Of a stretch of 64,000 nt of DNA, positions 58,468-64,000 are shown piece after piece. The translations under genes were made by a program, and so were the position numbers. Source of the stretch: Polyangiaceae bacterium (GTDB lineage: Bacteria > Myxococcota_A > Polyangia > Polyangiales > Polyangiaceae); assembly GCA_033763455.1 (NCBI GenBank), contig JANRKO010000023.1, positions 128,001 to 192,000 on the forward strand, given 5' to 3'. Within the stretch, counting starts at the first letter, position 1. Every line of letters begins with the position of its first letter. The notes below the pieces were generated by a model. The model worked only from the letters and a program-made list of their open reading frames with translations. It ran no database searches and was not told where the DNA came from.

Positions 58468-59514
58468 CTAGAAGCTCGCGCTGCAGTGCACGGTGGTCGC
58501 TCCGAGCATGCATCCGAAGCGGGATGAAGCTCGCTCCGCAGATGGCGGAGACGACAAGAGAAGCGTGACGAGGCCCCCCGCCATCAACGCACCGCCTGCC
58601 CCATAGAGAATCAGCATACGCTGTTCCGACCTGTTCATGTCGCGCTCGATCCCGGCGCACTGGTCACCGCGGGAACGCCCAAGGGGTGCCTCGCAAGCCG
58701 CGCTGTTCCACTGGCTGGCCTTGTCTTCACGGTCCAAATGAAACGGCACAGCGGCACCCGCTCCGACGGCGCCGAGGGTCAAAACCACACTCCCGAGAAA
58801 CCGACCGGTCGAGCCTTTGGCCCCGCTGGGTTCTTTTTCTAGGGCAGTTTTGATTGGTTCGCGCGATGTTTGCCGCGGGGGTAATTGGATGGGTCGAGCC
58901 GCGGTGCCCACGGTGCGCAGCGCATTTCCGTGCTCATCCAACAACACAAGTAAGAATTCTCGCGGAGCGTTCTTACTGGGAATGGAAACGATTACAGGCT
59001 CTCCCTTAACGACCTTGACCTTCGTCGCAGTATACCGCCCACCTGCGCGGCGGGAGCGAACTCCAAGCGCGCGCACCATATCTGCAGGATCGGTCACTTC
59101 AACGATCAGCTGTTTTTGATCGTCGCTAAACGTGGCTCGAGCATCCAGCTTCTCGTCAATGCTCTTCCAGAACCCGAGGGCTTCGGCATACGGTCCACGC
59201 AGCTTCGGCGATAGGCTCTTCTCAAGACGCGTGTCGGGGTTGATACCAATGAGCGCCGTAAAAGCGGCTTTGGCCTCGTCCTCCTCACCCAGAGCTGCGG
59301 CGGACATGGCAAGTAGGAAATACAAGCGCTCGGTGTCACGCGGCTTGTGGGAACCGCGCGATAACGCCTCCTTGGCCACTTCCCGCGTTCGCGAAAAATC
59401 AACCTCCCGATAGGCTGTTTCTGCCTGCTGAATCGAGGCCGGGCTCTTGGCCCAAGCGGCGTTGGCAGTTGCCAGAAATAAGCACAAAACACTCAGCCTT
59501 ATGAGTACACACAT
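58468..59514 (-). CDS. TPR-containing exported protein
   Basis: Signal peptide, TPR helices (LYFLLAMSAAALG..DEAKAAF), LSPKLRGP, C-terminal hydrophobic hairpin ending in F; starts 1 bp after the kinase stop. Confidence 0.75.
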   Translation of the reverse strand: MCVLIRLSVLCLFLATANAAWAKSPASIQQAETAYREVDFSRTREVAKEALSRGSHKPRDTERLYFLLAMSAAALGEEDEAKAAFTALIGINPDTRLEKSLSPKLRGPYAEALGFWKSIDEKLDARATFSDDQKQLIVEVTDPADMVRALGVRSRRAGGRYTATKVKVVKGEPVIVSIPSKNAPREFLLVLLDEHGNALRTVGTAARPIQLPPRQTSREPIKTALEKEPSGAKGSTGRFLGSVVLTLGAVGAGAAVPFHLDREDKASQWNSAACEAPLGRSRGDQCAGIERDMNRSEQRMLILYGAGGALMAGGLVTLLLSSPPSAERASSRFGCMLGATTVHCSASF

Positions 59515-59515
59515 G

Positions 59516-61330
59516 TTAGTCCAATCCGAAACGGCGAGTGACATTTTGCCCAGGCCTTACGACAACAGGGTACGTCGCGCTGAGCCCGAGTTCCGGGTTC
59601 TTGAGGTGTATTTGGTACGTTCCTGCATCGAGCTTCAAGCCGATGATCGGGGTAGCTCCCAGTGACTTCCCGTTGATCGTCACATACGACCAAGGTGTGG
59701 AATCAATCGTCACGAGGCTTGGAACCGGCTCCGGCGCGCTTGCTCCAGCAACACTTGAACCCGGAGGTACGGTGCTAGCAGGCTGGCGCACATCCGAGGC
59801 TGACTCGCTTGCTGTGTCCTCTCTCTTTTTGCGCTTCAGGCGCGGCGCGGTAGTCGCCGTGGGCACGACGCGCTGAGTACCTGGGGTGGTGTATTCAGGC
59901 ACCGGGGGCAAAAGCTTGGGCGCAGTTGTAAACAGTGGGGCCGGAGGAGCCGCCGACCGCACTTCGGCTGCTTTTTGGCTAACGGACGGTACTGCGCCAC
60001 TGGCCTGCTTTGCGTGCTTTTCCACGCCGGAAGTCGCAAGCACAGCACCAGCGGCGAGCAAGAGCACTCCTCCCAGAAGGACCCAGAAGCCACGCCGCCG
60101 CCCCTTTTGGCTCTCCCTACTAGCGACCTCTAGTACCGGCGGAGCCAGTAGCGCGGAGGGTGATGGTGTCGAAACGAGGGTGGGCACGGGCCGGGGAGGG
60201 CGGGGTGGCGGGACCGAGCGAGGCGCCTCCGGGCGAGTCAACAAGCGACGAATTCTCGTATTTTCGTCGTCCATGAAATCTGCGAACAGCGTGGAGAGCC
60301 AATGGGAGAGTGCCAACCTGGAAGAGGTACGCGTCTGCCCGGCAAGCCAATCTTCTAGCTCTTCCTGCATCTCGCTCGCGGACTGGTACCGCTTGGCAAT
60401 GTTTCGCTCCAAAGCCTTGAGTGCAATGGCCGAAAGCGCTTCGGGGATCTCCGCGCGGAAGTAGCTAGGACTAGGCACTTCCAGGGTCAACGACCGCTGC
60501 AACGTCGCAGCATCGGTGCTTCCCTTAAAGAGTCGGCGCATCGCCAAGCACTCCCAGAGCACTACTCCCATGCTCCAGATATCAGCGCGATGGTCGACGT
60601 GTTCTCCCACGGCCTGCTCCGGGGAGATGTACCCAAACTTCCCCTTCACAAGACCGGTTTGCGTTCTGGATTCCTGCGTCGTTGCCTTGGCTATGCCGAA
60701 GTCCAGAAGCTTTACGACGCCGTCATAGGTAACGAAGATGTTTTGTGGCGAAACGTCGCGATGGATCAACCCCAACGGCTGCCCGTCGAGACCTTTGGCT
60801 GCATGGGCGTAGTGCAAACCGGATAGCGCATCGGCCACGAGCCGTGCCACCAGCGCACAGGGCATCAGCGGGGAGCCTTGTTGTGAGGCGCGCCGCACAA
60901 TTCGATTAAGAGGCTGCCCGCGGAGGTACTCCATCGCGAGATAGGGTTGCCCGTTGAAGCTACCTGCCGTGTAGGTTTGTACCACGTGTGGATGGGTGAG
61001 TTGTGCTGCCAAGCGCACCTCATCGAGAAACATTTTGACGATTTCCGGTTCATCATTCATGTGATGAATGAGCTTCTTGATCGCGAGCAATTGCCTTGCT
61101 CCGCCGGGCCCCGCGGCAACTGCCAAGTACACCTCGGACATTCCCCCATGCCCGAGTTTCTCCACCACCGTGTATCCGGCCATCTCCACTGGAGTCGCCA
61201 ATACGCTGCGCCCGGACCGCTCCGAATTCGGCACCAGACTCACGCCTGAATCTGTGGGTAGTTCGGAGAACGTGGGCTCAGAGCTGTCAGGCGAAAGCGG
61301 ATAAAGCGGATTGGACACAGCGTGAAGCAT
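59516..61330 (-). CDS. Membrane Ser/Thr protein kinase with a C-terminal PEGA domain
   Basis: LGHGGMSEVY, AIK, HRDVSPQN, DFG, GKFGYISPEQ, TM helix, IDSTPWSYVTING..LGATP. Confidence 0.93.
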   Translation of the reverse strand: MLHAVSNPLYPLSPDSSEPTFSELPTDSGVSLVPNSERSGRSVLATPVEMAGYTVVEKLGHGGMSEVYLAVAAGPGGARQLLAIKKLIHHMNDEPEIVKMFLDEVRLAAQLTHPHVVQTYTAGSFNGQPYLAMEYLRGQPLNRIVRRASQQGSPLMPCALVARLVADALSGLHYAHAAKGLDGQPLGLIHRDVSPQNIFVTYDGVVKLLDFGIAKATTQESRTQTGLVKGKFGYISPEQAVGEHVDHRADIWSMGVVLWECLAMRRLFKGSTDAATLQRSLTLEVPSPSYFRAEIPEALSAIALKALERNIAKRYQSASEMQEELEDWLAGQTRTSSRLALSHWLSTLFADFMDDENTRIRRLLTRPEAPRSVPPPRPPRPVPTLVSTPSPSALLAPPVLEVASRESQKGRRRGFWVLLGGVLLLAAGAVLATSGVEKHAKQASGAVPSVSQKAAEVRSAAPPAPLFTTAPKLLPPVPEYTTPGTQRVVPTATTAPRLKRKKREDTASESASDVRQPASTVPPGSSVAGASAPEPVPSLVTIDSTPWSYVTINGKSLGATPIIGLKLDAGTYQIHLKNPELGLSATYPVVVRPGQNVTRRFGLD

Positions 61331-61570
61331 GGCGAAACCCGCTCCCACTCCGTGTTACTTCTTTGGGAAAGAGACAAGGCGGACGTGTGACAGGCCGGCC
61401 TGCTCGCCAGGCCCGTCCCGGGAGTTTTCACAATCGTAGCGAATCTGACCTCCTACGCAGGACCCGCGCCGCGAAACGGCAGTGTGCGATGGGTCGCTCG
61501 CGCCGAGAGCCAGGGATGGCGACTATCGTCGGGGAGTGCGCGCCAAACGTTGAGCAGCCGAGATCAGAAG

Positions 61571-62989
61571 TTAATCAGAAAGCCACTCGGTGTGCACAAA
61601 GGGACCATTCGGATCATCTTTGCGCTGATAAGTGTGCGCGCCGAAAGCATCTCGCTGAGCCTGCGTGAGGTTCTGGGGGAGATCCAGAGTGCGGTAGCTG
61701 TCGTAATACGCGAGGCTGGAAGCCATGCCCGGAACCGGCACGCCGTTAAGCAAGGCTAAGCTGAGCACATTGCGCCACGGAGCCTGACGCGCTGTTACCC
61801 ACTCGGAAAATTGAGGATCTAGCAGCAAGTTTGAAAGCTCCGGGTTCCTTTCATAGGCTTTCATAATGGTGTCGAGAAAGCGGGCCCGAATAATGCAACC
61901 ACCTTTCCAAATGCGAGCGATTTCTCGCAGATTGATGGCCCAACCGTACTTTTTCGCACCCGCGCTGATGAGCGCCATACCTTGAGCATAGGCGCCAATC
62001 TTGGCGGCATAGAGCGCATCGTGCACCGAGCTTATGAATTCCGACTTCGGCAGAGTGTTAGTACGCCTCGGGCCAGCCAACACCAAACTGGCTCGTGCGC
62101 GTTCATCTTTCATGCTGGAAAGAACGCGTGCGTCAATCGACGCCGCAATGGACGGGATCGCTACCCCAAGCTCGAGAGCAACCTGCGCCGTCCAGCGCCC
62201 CGTGCCTTTTTGCCCGGCCTTATCCAAAACCGCATCTACCAAGGCGCCGTTCGTCTTGGTGTCCTTAACCTTGAAAATCTTGGCAGAAATTTCGATCAGG
62301 AAGGACTCAAGCGGGCCGCGATTCCACTCAGTGAAGATGTCTCCGATCTCCACGGCCGTAAGCCCAAGCACGCCGCGCAATAGATCATACGCTTCCGCGA
62401 TGAACTGCATGTCCGCATATTCAATACCGTTGTGAACCATCTTGATGAAATGGCCCGCTCCATCTGAGCCACAATGCGTGACACAAGCGCCGTCGTCTGA
62501 TTTTGCCGCAATTGCCTCAAAAACGGGGGCTACCAATGCGTAAGCCTCCGCATCTCCCCCGGGCATCAGCGAGGGCCCGTGGCGCGCGCCATCTTCCCCA
62601 CCCGAGACGCCGGAGCCCATGAAACGTAAGCCTGCCTCGCGGTACATCGCCTCTCGACGGCGCGTGTCGTCGAAAAGGGAGTTGCCCCCGTCAATCACGA
62701 TGTCACCCGGGGAAAGGAGGGGCTTTAGCTGCTCAAGCACTATATCCACGGGCTTCCCCGCTTGGATCATCATCATGATTTTGCGTGGCCGCTCCAAGGC
62801 CTGAACCAACTCCGCCAACGTGGCTGTTGGGATCAACCGCCCTCCGGACTCGGCCACCGCAGACGCTGTGAGTGCGGGCTCCAAGTTCCAGACGACGACG
62901 CGAAACCCGTGATCAGCAATGTTGAGCGCCAGATTGCGCCCCATTACCGCCATCCCAATCATTCCAAACTGCCCAAGCGTGTCTGTCAT
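61571..62989 (-). CDS. gndA: NADP-dependent 6-phosphogluconate dehydrogenase
   Basis: GMAVMGRNLALN, DGGNS, GVSGGE, KMVHNGIEYADMQ, GQKGTG, QAQRDAFGAHTY. Confidence 0.97.
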   Translation of the reverse strand: MTDTLGQFGMIGMAVMGRNLALNIADHGFRVVVWNLEPALTASAVAESGGRLIPTATLAELVQALERPRKIMMMIQAGKPVDIVLEQLKPLLSPGDIVIDGGNSLFDDTRRREAMYREAGLRFMGSGVSGGEDGARHGPSLMPGGDAEAYALVAPVFEAIAAKSDDGACVTHCGSDGAGHFIKMVHNGIEYADMQFIAEAYDLLRGVLGLTAVEIGDIFTEWNRGPLESFLIEISAKIFKVKDTKTNGALVDAVLDKAGQKGTGRWTAQVALELGVAIPSIAASIDARVLSSMKDERARASLVLAGPRRTNTLPKSEFISSVHDALYAAKIGAYAQGMALISAGAKKYGWAINLREIARIWKGGCIIRARFLDTIMKAYERNPELSNLLLDPQFSEWVTARQAPWRNVLSLALLNGVPVPGMASSLAYYDSYRTLDLPQNLTQAQRDAFGAHTYQRKDDPNGPFVHTEWLSD

Positions 62990-63045
62990 GGCTTTCTCCT
63001 TCAGCAATTTCTACGCTAACGGTGGCTGGCGCGGCGTACGCGGCG

Positions 63046-64000
<955 letters not shown>

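Overview
A GC-rich (~60%) bacterial chromosomal segment. The gene content points to a myxobacterium (Polyangiales/Sorangiineae-like): Ser/Thr kinase-TPR/PEGA modules, Gly-rich linker lipoproteins, Cys-rich repeats, a TonB-TBDR fusion and many sigma54 promoters. It holds about 50 CDSs. I found no rRNA, tRNA, CRISPR array or intact mobile element. Housekeeping and metabolic genes include pntAB, uxaA, a GH31 glucosidase, sua5, a DAHP synthase, a Leu/Val dehydrogenase, gnd and pgi. Two coherent regulatory islands stand out. (1) At about 21-30 kb is a probable low-oxygen/dormancy island: a globin-PAS histidine kinase, a sigma54 activator, four USPs, a CDF transporter and a host-attachment/baeRF protein. 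Three of its promoters pair a sigma54 element with an (A/G)CGCA-N5-T(G/T)CG(C/T) palindrome. (2) At about 45-61 kb, five promoter regions carry an 11-bp-period GTCAC-N6-GTCAC (Pho-box-like) direct repeat, each oriented toward its gene. The genes are an extracellular nuclease, a soluble CBS-domain histidine kinase/receiver pair, a beta-propeller protein and two paralogous beta-helix lipoproteins; the region also encloses a GMC-oxidase/GH3 amide-synthetase operon. This is a candidate undescribed phosphate-starvation scavenging and signalling system. All protein calls come from motif recognition by eye; no database searches were run.
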